A DNA stretch of 63,731 nucleotides, filler included, from Rhabdomonas costata (lineage: Eukaryota), in NCBI GenBank assembly GCA_019059605.1. It is 27 parts of 27 records of this genome, joined end to end, with 100 filler letters (N's around TTAATTAATTAA, not from the genome) between each part and the next. Parts side by side here need not be neighbours in the genome. Positions count along the whole stretch, not along the records: positions 47,275 to 49,537 come from JAHMHO010004431.1; positions 49,638 to 51,900 come from JAHMHO010004432.1; positions 52,001 to 54,277 come from JAHMHO010004433.1; positions 54,378 to 56,641 come from JAHMHO010004434.1; positions 56,742 to 59,004 come from JAHMHO010004435.1; positions 59,105 to 61,366 come from JAHMHO010004436.1; 21 more parts are not named here. One strand, 5' to 3'. Below, piece after piece: positions 47,308 to 59,344 of the stretch; the stretch's first letter is position 1, and each line of letters opens with the position of its first letter. The position numbers and the translations under genes are program-made. The notes beneath the pieces were generated by a model. That model made no database searches, was not told the DNA's origin, and worked only from the letters and a program-made list of their open reading frames with translations.

Positions 47308-49269
47308 GCAGGGGTGATGATGCGGTTTCTCGCAATGAGCCGCGCCACGGTGCTCGCCCAGGCTCAGGCTGTGCTGAGGTGCCAGCCACCCCAAGACCAC
47401 CTGGAGGAGCAGGAGCCGGCGCTGGAGCAAGACGGCCCGGCGCTGTCCCCGCAAGCTCAGGCAGAACTGGAGCTGTGCATGGAGCTGCTCTTTGAAGAGG
47501 GGGCCGTTGCCGCAGGGGCAGGCAGCTCGAGCTCGAGCTCTGTCCCCATCGCGACAACTGCAGGGCAGGAGGCGTCGTGGGATGGGCAGGTTCTGACCCT
47601 GGGCAACTCCGCGCAAGAAGTTCTTGCGAACTGGTGTGGGTTTTTTCGGGGGCTCTCAGTCGGTGTTGTGGATGTGGGTGGGTAGTGGTTCAGGGATTGG
47701 CAACCTTCTCCATTTGTAAAGGCACCATTGAAAAAGGACGCTAGCCTTACTGGCATTGTTGCATGTGGTTTTGGTGTTACTTGCCCTGGATTGTTTGGGT
47801 GGTGTGCCCTCTAGGGCAGAGCACGGATGCATACGTCCGTGCTTACGTAGGAGTAGGATATAGCACGAATGTATTTTGCTGAAGCAGGTTTGCGTGCATC
47901 CCAGTATCCTAATATTTGGTCTTTCAGGGGGGTTGGGTGGCGATGCACGTCCCGAGGTTATTACAGCTTCTTTGTGGATGCAATTTACATCCGTGCATGA
48001 CGATGCAAGGATGTAACTTTCATCCCTGCATTAGTCTTCATGCTCAATTGCTTTCATCTATGTTCTGCGGCACACCAACTCGGTTTTGTTTAATGGGCAG
48101 TTCCAGTGCGTCTGTGAAGAAGTCGTAGCGTTGTAGCGTTGTCCGTCATCACAGGCACCTCGCCCTGTCGGACGCAGCCGTGGGCCTGCTCCCGCTTCTC
48201 AAGAAGTCACACCGCGGGCCGTTTTACTCCGCCCTTCTGGACCTCCACGCTCAGGGCTGGCTGCAGCGGCAGCAGCCGGGCCGCTCTGTAGCCCAAGGTG
48301 TTCCTTACCTATCGGCACCCTCCTCCTCACTTTCCCCTGAATCAAAACAACGCGAAACATTTTGCGTAGGGACGGACTGGGAATGGGCACAGCGCCTGAG
48401 GGCTTAACGTTGTACCTGCCGTACAGAGATAGCGAGCTTGGATCAGCCCCTGGTACTGACTCCTCACTCCTTGAGTGGCGCCCAGTGGTCAGTTGACCGA
48501 ACGAAAGAACCAAGCAACCAAGTAACAATGGGAGGCCAATGCCGGACCTACTGCGACCTACCTGAAGTCGGTTTCCGAGAAACCTGCGCGTCAAAATGGA
48601 GCCGTTGATTTTCTTTTTCTTTGATTATTAACCTCAGATGACCACGTGAGTGTCACAAGTTCCCTCTCTCTCTATCTGTGCCGCGTTTGTTTATTTTCGA
48701 ACCCGAAACCTAGTGCATAACTGTTCTTGTGTGCAGGCGTGTGTGCGTTTCTTGATGGCAGGACTCTGCTCCCTGGGTTCGCTGTCGCAACGGCTGGCTG
48801 TTCTGCTTCTGGAGGGCGGGGAGAAGGTGCGGAAGCCCTTCCTGAGCGTTGTTCTGCTGCGGCTGCAGGGCCTACGGGGAGCGCTCCGCGAGTCCAGTGG
48901 AAGCTCTGCGGCCACACGTTCGTAGTTCCCACCTCACGCGACGCCCATTTCCCTGCTACATTTTCTGCTTTTTTGACCGCCCAGTTGCTCTCCTTCTTCA
49001 TTTTACCACCCTTATACTTTTTTACAATCTTAACACACTTTGCAAAAAAAAATCTGGTGTTTCGGGGTTTTTGACGATGGGCTTTTCACAACAGGATTGT
49101 GTCCATGGGTTTCCGGCATAGATTATAGTTATTTGGTCGGTTGCACGCGCCCTACCGGTCGATGGTGGGGGATGGGGGGTTGCAGGACTGGCGCTGAAAG
49201 AGAAGGCTCAACCCATCCTGGCACTCGTGAGCGAGTGCCCGGAGATGTACATCTGTTCCAGCGCGACTG
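47308..49269 (+). CDS. Multi-exon unknown alpha-helical protein, partial
   Basis: GC-rich candidate exons at ~47308-47589, 48154-48297, 48762-48826 and 49186-49269 with AG/GT borders. No family recognised. Confidence 0.45.
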
Positions 49270-50183
49270 GTGTGCTCTTTTTGGTGATCCCTCCGAGGGC
49301 GGTGGTCTAATATGCATTTGCATATGGTGTTGAATTGGATTAAGTAGGGTCTGTGAGGAAAGGGAAGGAAATCACTGACATTTTGGAGATGGGATTTGGG
49401 GTCTTGGGAAGTACTTTGAATATGTTGGGTTTGGAACCTTTTCGAAGGAGTTTTCTGGTTCCGGTTGGCGATTGGGTTGGCGTTGTACTCTGATGCACCC
49501 CCACTCCACTCCACTTCTGCAGAGTGGGGTCTGGGTCNNNNNNNNNNNNNNNNNNNNNNNNNNNNNNNNNNNNNNNNNNNNTTAATTAATTAANNNNNNN
49601 NNNNNNNNNNNNNNNNNNNNNNNNNNNNNNNNNNNNNGGGGGGGGTGGTTCATTTCGAAGGGTTCCAAGTATTGTAAGGGGGAGAACGCCAAATTTTGCG
49701 CCCTCCTCCCTCCCATTTCGAAATGAACCACCCCCATCCCTACAATTGCATCGCCCTTTAACCTCCACGGGGTTTGCTTGTTTTGAATTAAACGTGAGCG
49801 TGGGAGAAGTGGTACCAAAAAGCCACCATTGTGGACTTCCTGAGAAGTGAGTTGATGGATTGAAACCCACTGCTTGTTGTGGATATTCGAAGCTGCTTCG
49901 GTCAGCTCATCTCTTTATGGGATACATCGATGTTTTCCAAGTGTGTAGGTGAGCTTAGGTTTTGGTTTTTTCTTCTGACGCTTTGGCATGGCGGGAGCCA
50001 CATTTATGGGAGTCATATATTATGGTGGAGTTCCAGAAACCACCAACTCACCGAGTGGGGGCAAATCGTGGCAGTGCCCATTGCTGAGAGCACTGGTAAC
50101 AAAGACTTTTTTGCAGCTGGCCACTGCGAGAAAACCCACTGACAAGCTCTGCCTGTTAAAACTCTGTCCCGTCAACACGGACC

Positions 50184-51890
50184 TGAACCTCTGCCGCCGC
50201 AGGGCCAGCGCCTTGCGAGCCATCGCTACCTACCACCACCGCTGTAGCACCACGGCGGCCTCCACGCGTCTCCGCCGATACTGCGCCTCCCGACGGGCCG
50301 CCTCCTGCCGCGCCCAGCACTGCGGAGGAAGAGTCGTGCACAGTCCATGTGCAGAAGAAGGAGAGGCAGACACACACCCTCCAACTTGCTGATGAGGCGT
50401 TGATCGGAGGGTGGGGTGGTTCGTACTGAGATGGAGTGAGTCACCCAATGGCAAATATCGTTGGAATACCGATGTCGGCACTCTCGGGTGATAGTGAGGA
50501 GGGTAAAGTTGGTGGGAGTCCAATCCTGGAGAATGCTGGTACTGCTGGTATTGGAACCCTTGTGTACAACGATAAAGGGTGTGATATGATGGTGGTGTGG
50601 GTGCGATTCTGCACAATACCGCATGGTACTCCGCATGTTCACCACTATGCCACCCCATCTGATCATCTTGTAGTAAAAAGTTAGCTCCTCCCTTCACTTT
50701 TTAAGACATAGTTGAGACGCAGGGCCAATAGAAAAAGCGCAGAGAGAGAAAGGGCATGCACACTTGCAGGCGGATCACCGAGGCTGTCCTCTTTCTGTTA
50801 AAACCCCATCCCACAACCCTGGGGCTGCCACCCTCACATGGACATGCCACAACGGCACGATGTATCGCGGAGAAGTCAACATGACTCGACTAGAAGAGAG
50901 GGAGTGCTTGAACCGCTGCCCTCCGAAACGAATACACGCAATTGTGAAAATTAAGGCCCGGCTGATAGTTCAAATAACCCAAACAGCTTCACAAGTCAAG
51001 TCCTTCGGTGCTTCTATTCTCCCCCTGGTCCACCGTTCATTTTTTCAATCAAATGAATGCACCCATCTTGGGCTGAAGCATTCTAAATAGAAAGGCAAGA
51101 GGGACGAAAAATTAAATAAAGACCGGGGCGGGGAGGCGTTTCTAACGGGGCCACGGATACCTTAGGAGAAAGGCCCTGCAGTGGGCCTGTATGACACAGG
51201 CTAAGCGCTGGCGGTTGCGATGTCCAAGCACCTGCCTCTGGGCCAGCACGCAGCGGCAGGCCTGCTGCACCACACAGCAGCAGTGCGCCCTCCGCCGGAT
51301 GGCCTGCGGTATAAAAATGATGGCAGGTGGCACCGTCACAAATCATCCCCGCGACACAGGATATGATGTCTGATCGTGCAGTCGTGCAGCTGTCGAGAAC
51401 ACAGACGAACGCTGCACGACGAGGAGCTCATTCTTCAACGACCATTTACACGAAGACTAACTCACATGACGAGGAGCGCATAAACGCCCTCATTCCGTAG
51501 GGCACACAATGCTTCAGTCCCGTGGAGAAAACTGCAGACAGGACAGACATCGTCAGGTGCGGTACGGGTGTGAGATAACAGGCTCGGTTTCTGCGCATCC
51601 AGAAAACGGCAAGTGCTATTGTACGAGAAAACGCACACAAAAAGACAACAGCAGAAGACTCTCCAGCCCCGCTGGGCATCCACTATCACCCACTCCAACC
51701 ATACCCTTTCTTCCAGCTCTCTGCATCCCACCACCCACGGAAACCCACGCATTTACAATATCCAGTCCCACAGCAATCATACAAAAGTACAGGCAGACGC
51801 ACCTCCATGAGACAGTTCGACAGGGCGTAGCGCACGGCACTCTGCACCCGTACCGCTGCGCGGTACTGCATCAGAAGTTCCCGGCAGTGC
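50184..51890 (-). CDS. Multi-IQ-motif (calmodulin-binding) protein, partial
   Basis: Exons encode AAVRVQSAVRYALS, CCVVQQACRCVLAQR and AAVVLQRWW*VAMAR, all resembling IQxxxRxxxxR. There is an in-frame TAG at 50230-50232. Confidence 0.6.
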
Positions 51891-52025
51891 CACCCCCACA
51901 NNNNNNNNNNNNNNNNNNNNNNNNNNNNNNNNNNNNNNNNNNNNTTAATTAATTAANNNNNNNNNNNNNNNNNNNNNNNNNNNNNNNNNNNNNNNNNNNN
52001 GTTGTGGGGTGGGGGAGAAACAAAC

Positions 52026-52865
52026 CACAGGAAGCCCAGGCACCACCACGGCGCTTTCGCCCGAAGCTCGTCCGGCGGGTAGTAGAATACCTGCATCACT
52101 TCGGAGTAGATGATCGCATAGGCGGGATACCCCGTGCCTGCCACAGCCGCGCCCGTGCACCCGAACAGGATGGCGAGCCAGTGCTCGCGGCTCATCCGAG
52201 CTACCCGAAGGAAGGCCGCCTGTGTGTCCAAGGGGAGGGGGGGGGGGGTGCATGAAGGCTGCTAATGGTAAAGAAGAAACGTTCGGTTGGGAACTAGAGG
52301 GACGGAGCGCGCCTGTGTGGCTCACCGAGCCCCTATGTAACGCCTCTGATTGGCCGTGGACTTCCAACTGTTGTGTGGGCGTTGGATTGGATTCGCCCCT
52401 GGGTTCCTGATTTCCTGAAATGTTTGTCGCGTTTATCGACCGAGGTCCGGACAGCTGAGGATGCGGTCCCTATGGACATCCCCTTGGAGATCGGAAGCAC
52501 AACTGATGGCAGCCTCAGCCCTTCGGGACGCGGTGGTCCACATCGGCCTCTGAACTGACTCCGTGCTCTGGGGCAAAGGCTCTCTGCTGTATTGAGTTCC
52601 CTTCGTTGTGAACAGTACCCAGACTCTCTGTGCTTTTGTGTGGAGGTAACCCCTCCCTTTCCCCAATCTTCTTTCGCCTTTAGATCTCACCTCACCGCCG
52701 ACTGCAGCGTCGTTGCAGCTCCCAGGCACTAATTTGGTTTGCAACCATATGAGACCATGTGCTCTTCTGTTTCGCTTCCTTTGAGTCTCCGTTTCCTACC
52801 AGCTGTGGCGCAGCTGCTCCCATTGAAAACGAAAGATGCCGAATTTTTTGATTCAAATACACACA

Positions 52866-52917
<52 letters not shown>

Positions 52918-54273
52918 CGAGAGGGGAGTAAAAGTTTCGCGTAGAACCCCTTCGGAGACGGACGGGGTCGCCTCCTTGGCCTTCGCATCTGCCTCGGCCG
53001 TCTTCTCTTTGGGAATGGCAATCGACACCTCCCCGATAGAGCTCAAAGGTGCCGTGCTGGAGACGAAGGTGAGTGTCTTCTTCTTGTTCTTCATCAGAGA
53101 GGGGGTTTTCGCTGGGGTGCGACCATCGTCGTCGTCGCCGTCGTCGCCCGCCATCCGCATCGGAGTTGTGCTCTCTTCGTTGGCTCGAAGTTGCACCTTT
53201 GGAAGGAGGGAAGCGGGCAAAGGTATTCCCGAACAATAGGACCCCCCAAAACAGTCACCGAATTTTCAACATGCCACCTGCCTCCTTTCCCGTTGAGGGT
53301 TGGGAAACTTTGTTCGTTATTCGCAACGTTGGGGTGTAGGAAGAAATGAAGCCAGGACCTCGGCCATTCGCTGGTAGTCTCCTCGGAGGGCCACCAACTC
53401 CTCATGGGTGCCAATCTCTGCCACGCACGACCCCTCGGTCACATTGTCTGCGAGATGCGCAAGGGGTGTTGAGATGGAGAGGATAGGGAGGTGTAGCGCA
53501 CATCTACATCTTACAAGGGAAACGCAGCGCTACGTGCGCGCTGCGTACAAAGCAGGGAAGTGCCATACCCAGGTCCGTGTCCGCGCGACGGGGCGGCTTA
53601 CTGAACGCGATGCAATCCGCGTCAAGCACAGTGGCCAACCGGTGAGCTATCACCTGAAATAGGCATGGGGAAAGGGACACTGGAATCGGACAACCTACTC
53701 TGAACCCGATTTCAAAGCAATAAAAAAAGGAGCAGGGATAAATGGGACCCAGAGCTTATTTTGCCTGTGTCGTTTTGAGGTGAAGCCTCCCTATTGAGGC
53801 ATGGACGTGTGCCCGTACGGGTCTGCAGTGTGGGGCCATGCGCAGACTCCCCCGAAAATCGAGCGAAAAAAGCCAATGTGTCAACTGCGACCCGAGGGGT
53901 CAGAAATGGAGTTTGTAAATCTAACAAATAAGCCCAGTAAAACAGCCTGAGAAAAACTTGTCAGGGTGGCATGTCAGGGCGGCTGGAATCCGCATGAATT
54001 TCATGTTTGTGAATGGGGAGGGGTACGCAAACCACAACAGTTCGGCCCTTCATCAAAGTGCTCAACGCCTTCTGAACGATAGCCTCGCTCTCTCGGTCCT
54101 GTGAGAAGAGAGCCAGCCAAACCCGAAAAAATGTAACTCCCTCCCCCTCCCACCGAAAAATCCAGATTGTCCACATCTGCCAGATTTTACTCACGCACAC
54201 ACACTCACTCACTCACTCACTCACTTACTCACTCATTTACACACCAGCGCACTCGTGGCCTCGTCCAACAAAC
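52026..54273 (-). CDS. Full-length-type ABCB (MDR/P-glycoprotein-like) transporter: NBD1 end, linker, TMD2 start
   Basis: LLDEATSAL|DRESEAIVQKALSTLMKGRTVV|VIAHRLATVLDAD...VAEIGTHEELVALRGDY, then a charged linker, then EHWLAILFGCTGAAVAGTGYPAYAIIYSEVMQVF. Confidence 0.93.
52860..52911. repeat. (CA)n microsatellite in an ABCB intron
   Basis: Near-perfect dinucleotide run. Confidence 0.95.
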
Positions 54274-54377
54274 ACCCNNNNNNNNNNNNNNNNNNNNNNN
54301 NNNNNNNNNNNNNNNNNNNNNTTAATTAATTAANNNNNNNNNNNNNNNNNNNNNNNNNNNNNNNNNNNNNNNNNNNN

Positions 54378-55260
54378 TGTCGGTCTTGGGGTTTACGTCT
54401 TCGTGTTTTCGGGGCTCAGGGTTTACGTCTCAAGGTCTCATGGTTTGTGTGTTATCAGTGCTTCTACTACGCTTGTGTTTCAGAGTGTGTCTTGGGGTTC
54501 AGGGCTTCTTGGGTTCTTGTTTGTGGAGGGTTGGGGTGTGAGGGGTTCATGAGTATCAGCATGACTATGAGTGAAGAATGCAGTAACTCAGCATGACTGT
54601 GAGAGAATAAACCCAGAGATGCCAGAACCCTCATGCCTCAACCCTTCTTTGTTGCTTCCTAGAACCCCTAGATGCCTTCTATCGCTGATGCCCTCTACTA
54701 CGGATGGCTCCACTGCGTGACCCATCCTTCGTGACCTTAAGCCTTAACCTCTACCGGTATTCTCTTCGTGTGGCTTCGCCCGGTCGGAGCATCCTGTAAG
54801 CGTCTTATGACGGTGGAAGGATGCGAAGAGACACGTATAGAAGAAGAGGGGAAGCATTCGAGGGACCGAGAATGCTGACAGTGGAGTATTCTGCTGGTCG
54901 CATCTCCCTTCGGTCGATGCTCCCGAGATGCAGAAGAGGGATTCCTGATACCCCATGCCTTACTCGCTGATGCTCGTAAGTCATGGGGCCCCTAAGAGTA
55001 TTTGCTGGTCGTCACTCCCTTCCGGTCGTTCCTCCCTAGATGTGTTGAAAGGGTATGCCTTCTGTCGTCGCTCCACCCCCATAAGGGGCTTACGCTCCTC
55101 CTACCCTCCCCACGCCTACTCGCTGGTGGCTCGTAGGGTGGGGAGTGAAGGGCCGTTAAGACATCAAGGGAGTACATTGCTGTCGGTCGTCACTTCGTTC
55201 CTCCCTCCTAGATGCGTGGTTCACTCACTCCACCGCCCTAAGGATGGTAATTCGGACTCC
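54378..55260. repeat. G/T-rich tract plus hairpin array (shared family, copy 3), 3' of the gypsy integrase
   Basis: Similar to 2803-2998 and 13290-13720. An internal unit gagta..(t)gct(g)gtcg-hairpin-cc.agatg occurs at ~54885, ~54997 and ~55170. Confidence 0.8.
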
Positions 55261-55429
55261 GTAATGGAGTCTGTCCTCCACTCGGCTCGGATCTTGACCT
55301 GAACTTCCCTCTCGATCGACACTCGTACCTGTGGATGGGGATGTATCATCACTTCCTCCATCATCATCTGGAACGCTTTCCCTTGGATCTTTATTGCAGT
55401 ACGCCCCATCCTCCTGTAACATTCCCACG

Positions 55430-56641
55430 TGGTCGAGCACTCTCGTCTCGTACGGGATGAGATCGCTCGAGTGAAATACTTGATGCGCTCTCCCCCGCAC
55501 CTCCGGTTGTCAATCACAAAGTTTGTCTCCGTAATCTTTTTAATGATGGTAAACGGTCCCACCGCCTTCGGCATCAACTTCCCAGTGTGGTCTCCAAACC
55601 TCCCCCGGTAACGATTCCGCTTACTGATCAACACATCCTGACCCACACAGAATTTGTAACCAGCTCTTTTGAGATGGGCATACGTCGCAACCTTTTGCTT
55701 CTACTTCTCTAATGCGTTCTTCCAAGTTGTTTTCATTTTCTGAAATCTGGAATCTTACCTTCACCTTGTGGGGGCTCTGTAGACTCTGGAAGGTCCCACC
55801 AGAACACCGTATGGTACCAGTAATTCAGGAATAAAGGGCTGTACTCTGTATTGGCAATAGGCGAACTGTTTATTGCAATCAATCTCCACCAGGACCAAAA
55901 GATCCATACAAGTAGTGCCTTTATGCGAATACATCAGCGTAGTCATCACCTGCTTCATGGTCTGGTTGGTCCTTTTGGCTTGCCCATTTATCTTTGGATG
56001 GTATGGAAAGGATCTTCTGCTCTGGATGTCCGGGAAGGCCATAAGAACTATCCAGAACACTGACATGAAGATCGGACTTTGATCGCTCACAATAATCCTC
56101 GGCAAACTGTGGTGTCCCACAAGAACAACTATTCAATATTGTGGGCCTTCATTTCGTTATGGCACGGTGTCAATACAACCATCTTCGTAGCCCGATCTGT
56201 AACGGTCAACACCTCATTCTCCACCTGCCATTTGCCTGAAAACTTCCAAGGGCCTGGCGGCGCGGAAACGAAATCCATTGAAATGGATTCCAATTTTCTC
56301 ACGGGTACCTCCAACACCTGTGTATAACCTCTTGGCTCCGCTTTGCATCTCTGACACACACCACAGGTACGCACATAAGCTCGCACCTTTCTCTTGATGT
56401 TATTGAAAGTGTAAGTGCGCTTGATCAGGGCGGCCGTCCTGGCCACTCACCAATGTCCTGCTGCGGGAGAATTGTGGTACCGCAAAATCACCTCTAACTC
56501 CCTCTGAAAATGTACCACAATCTTCCCCAGATCCCAAAGTCTACCATAGTACCACTTTGTAGAGTCCACCAAATCTGAAGTGGTCAAGTTGAAATACCTC
56601 TTACGCACTACCGGGTCAATCCAGTAGTCGTCCCACCAACC
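55430..56641 (-). mobile_element. Decayed Ty3/gypsy integrase
   Basis: H2C2 finger YHNSPAAGHW...VRAYVRTCGVCQRCK, ISMDFV, LPRIIVSDQSPIF, YHPKINGQAKRTNQ and the GPY/F module KLMPKAVGPFTI...VFHSSDLIPY. Stops and frameshifts present. Confidence 0.95.
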
Positions 56642-56921
56642 NNNNNNNNNNNNNNNNNNNNNNNNNNNNNNNNNNNNNNNNNNNNTTAATTAATTAANNN
56701 NNNNNNNNNNNNNNNNNNNNNNNNNNNNNNNNNNNNNNNNNTCCGTCGTTGGAAGGGCACAAGGGCTTCGAAAGGGCCTCGAACGGCATAGCAGTCATAA
56801 GCGCAGTGTTGTCTGACCACTGCTTCCTGGAAAACGCGTGCGTGGGGAACACTTTGGCTGGGTTTCGGCGTACCCCTTCCCCGGTGTACCCGGTCCACTT
56901 CCTTCCCCTCCGCATATTTAG

Positions 56922-58061
56922 GGAGCACGAACTGCAGCGGATGGTTTGCCCTGGGCTACCAGTGCGGTGCGGGGTATGCCCGGAACGTCACGGCCGACCT
57001 GTGCGGCACCCCGCCGTGCAGTGCACAGGACTGCTGCGTAGGTGTGCACGGGCGCTTATGCTTCCACTCTTCGCCGGTTTCCTGCCTGTGTGGTCGGGGG
57101 ATGATGGTGTGATGGGGTGCTGTATTGCTTTTCTCAGTGGACTGTGGTGCTCCGGGCAGCCCAGCGGACTCCGCGGGGCTGAGCTGTGGGCTGGGCACGA
57201 CCCTTGGGCAGCAGTGCAGCTTCGGCTGCCGCGGGGGGTTCACAGGCGGGGGCACCCTGACCTGCACCGCGTCCCGGACGTGGGCTCGCAGCGGGAGCTG
57301 CACCGGTGTGCTTGATATGTTTTGCTTTGGGGCAGGTGACTGTGTGGTAGGCATTTCCCTGCGCACTTCCTTGGAAGCGCTTGCTTGAGTCGGTCACTGT
57401 AGGTTCTGTTTTCTCACCTTGTGGTGTGGTATTAAGCTTTTTAGAGTGTAAACCTCCTGTGACGAGGCGCTGAGGGTACTTTTCTGCTGTCGGATTGTAG
57501 TTTCCATGCGACCTTTTCGGATTCGTCTTTGTCCTCGCGTTCATTTCCACTGCCTGTTTCCATGTCCATGTTGTTGTGCTGCTGTGCGTTGTCTGCCCTA
57601 TTGACTCGGGCGTGACACGTTTCTTTCGGGCCGAGATTGTGATAACGCCCCCGCCCCCTCTGTTGGCTCGCATGAGATGCGTTTTTAGCCGCGATCGTGA
57701 TGCGATCGAAGTGAGACGTCCCGCCAACCCCACCACACCACCACTACCCCTCCAAGGAACCATGAATCCTCGCTGACACCAACGGCGCCATTCCGGGAGG
57801 CGCGCCAAGCTGCGCCGTAATGGTGGGCATGGCTCTGCAAGCCCTGCTGGCAACACTCTTGGGTTTTCCGTTCCGCCTTGTTTTTCGCTGCAGTGGTGGA
57901 CTGTGGCCCAGCCGTGCTTCCCTCAAAAGCGACTTCTCTGACGTGCTCCGGCACGACCTTCGGCCAGAGCTGCTCGTTTGGGTGCCTGGACAGCTACACC
58001 GGTGGGGGGCATCTCTACTGCACCTCCACTGGAACATGGAGTGTGAGCGGCAGCTGTGAAG
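56922..58061 (+). CDS. Extracellular Cys-rich protein with Sushi/CCP domains, partial (exons 56922-57041, 57138-57305, 57894-58061)
   Basis: VDCGAP...C..GTTLGQQCSFGCRGGFTGGGTLTCTASRTW...SC and a paralogous second module follow the CCP pattern C..P...C.F.C..G[FY]...C...G.W...C. Confidence 0.85.
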
Positions 58062-59344
58062 GTTAGATTCGGCGGAACGTCCCCCCCCTGCCCCTGTGTT
58101 CTCGCCTCTGTTTGTGTTCCTAACTTCACATCACTTTGCGGCGCCAACTGTCTTGGACTATCCTTTGCAAGATGGAACGTTTTGGTGTAGGCTTCTCGTA
58201 TTGTACCTTGCATTTCTCGGTATGAAGACAAACAGTTCGTCCACGCTGACCCGGATTCGACACCACGCCATCGCACAGTTGGCACGCTATCTTTCAGTGC
58301 GATTGATGGCTGGAATTTCCGAGCAGATCTCTATCTCGGGACGAGACTACTGCTGTATGTATGGTCATAAAAGGGAAGTGTTGAATTTCGTGGACAGAAG
58401 ATGTCCCCGCCATTTGAGATGCAAGTATCTCGGCCTCCGTGAGATGCCTGTTTTTTCCTTGCAAAGTATATGGCACGACCATACGACGACAAGTGAGCTG
58501 GCGGGGCGAGTGCTTCCAGCAAACTGCAGCTGTCGTCGTACACACACGCTGTGCGCTGCGCTGCGCTGAACAAAGCTGCACAAGAATGAAAAAACGGGAA
58601 GTGCCGCAGAGGAGCGCGTGGTGAAAGCATCAAGCAGAGTTTCGGGAGGCGCATTGAATACGGAAAAACCGTGGGCCTGCTTTGGTTTTGCTATCGTCGC
58701 TTTGTGCATGATGATTGTCGATCGCGGCTCCAAATTTGGCCTCTCTGTGGTCTCCGTCGTTGGAAGGGCACAAGGGCTTCGAAAGGGCCTCGAACGGCAT
58801 AGCAGTCATAAGCGCAGTGTTGTCTGACCACTGCTTCCTGGAAAACGCGTGCGTTGGGAACACTTTGGCTGGGTTTCGGTTCTTTGGTTTCGGTGGGGTG
58901 GGTTGAAACCACCCGCCATCACCCTATGTCTGTGTATCGATTTAGAGTCGAAAGGGTAGATTCAAGGCGACGAGAAAACTAAGAAGGTCACAATACCCAA
59001 AAACNNNNNNNNNNNNNNNNNNNNNNNNNNNNNNNNNNNNNNNNNNNNTTAATTAATTAANNNNNNNNNNNNNNNNNNNNNNNNNNNNNNNNNNNNNNNN
59101 NNNNGGGGGGTTGGCGAACCAAATGTTTTTTCCTGGAACTACTTTGGCTTCTTTATTGCCTGTTCTTTAGTGTGTGTACCCTTACCTCTTTCTTTGGGGA
59201 TGGTGCACACCTTTCCATTATACAATGAGTCTTTTTTCGGAAGGCGCTTCTTCTCTGTGTATCTCTGTGACCGAAGGCTGACTCTATGCGTGAGGTGCCT
59301 GAGGTGCCGGAGGCCTCTCTCTCTCTCTCTCTCTTTGTGTATAG

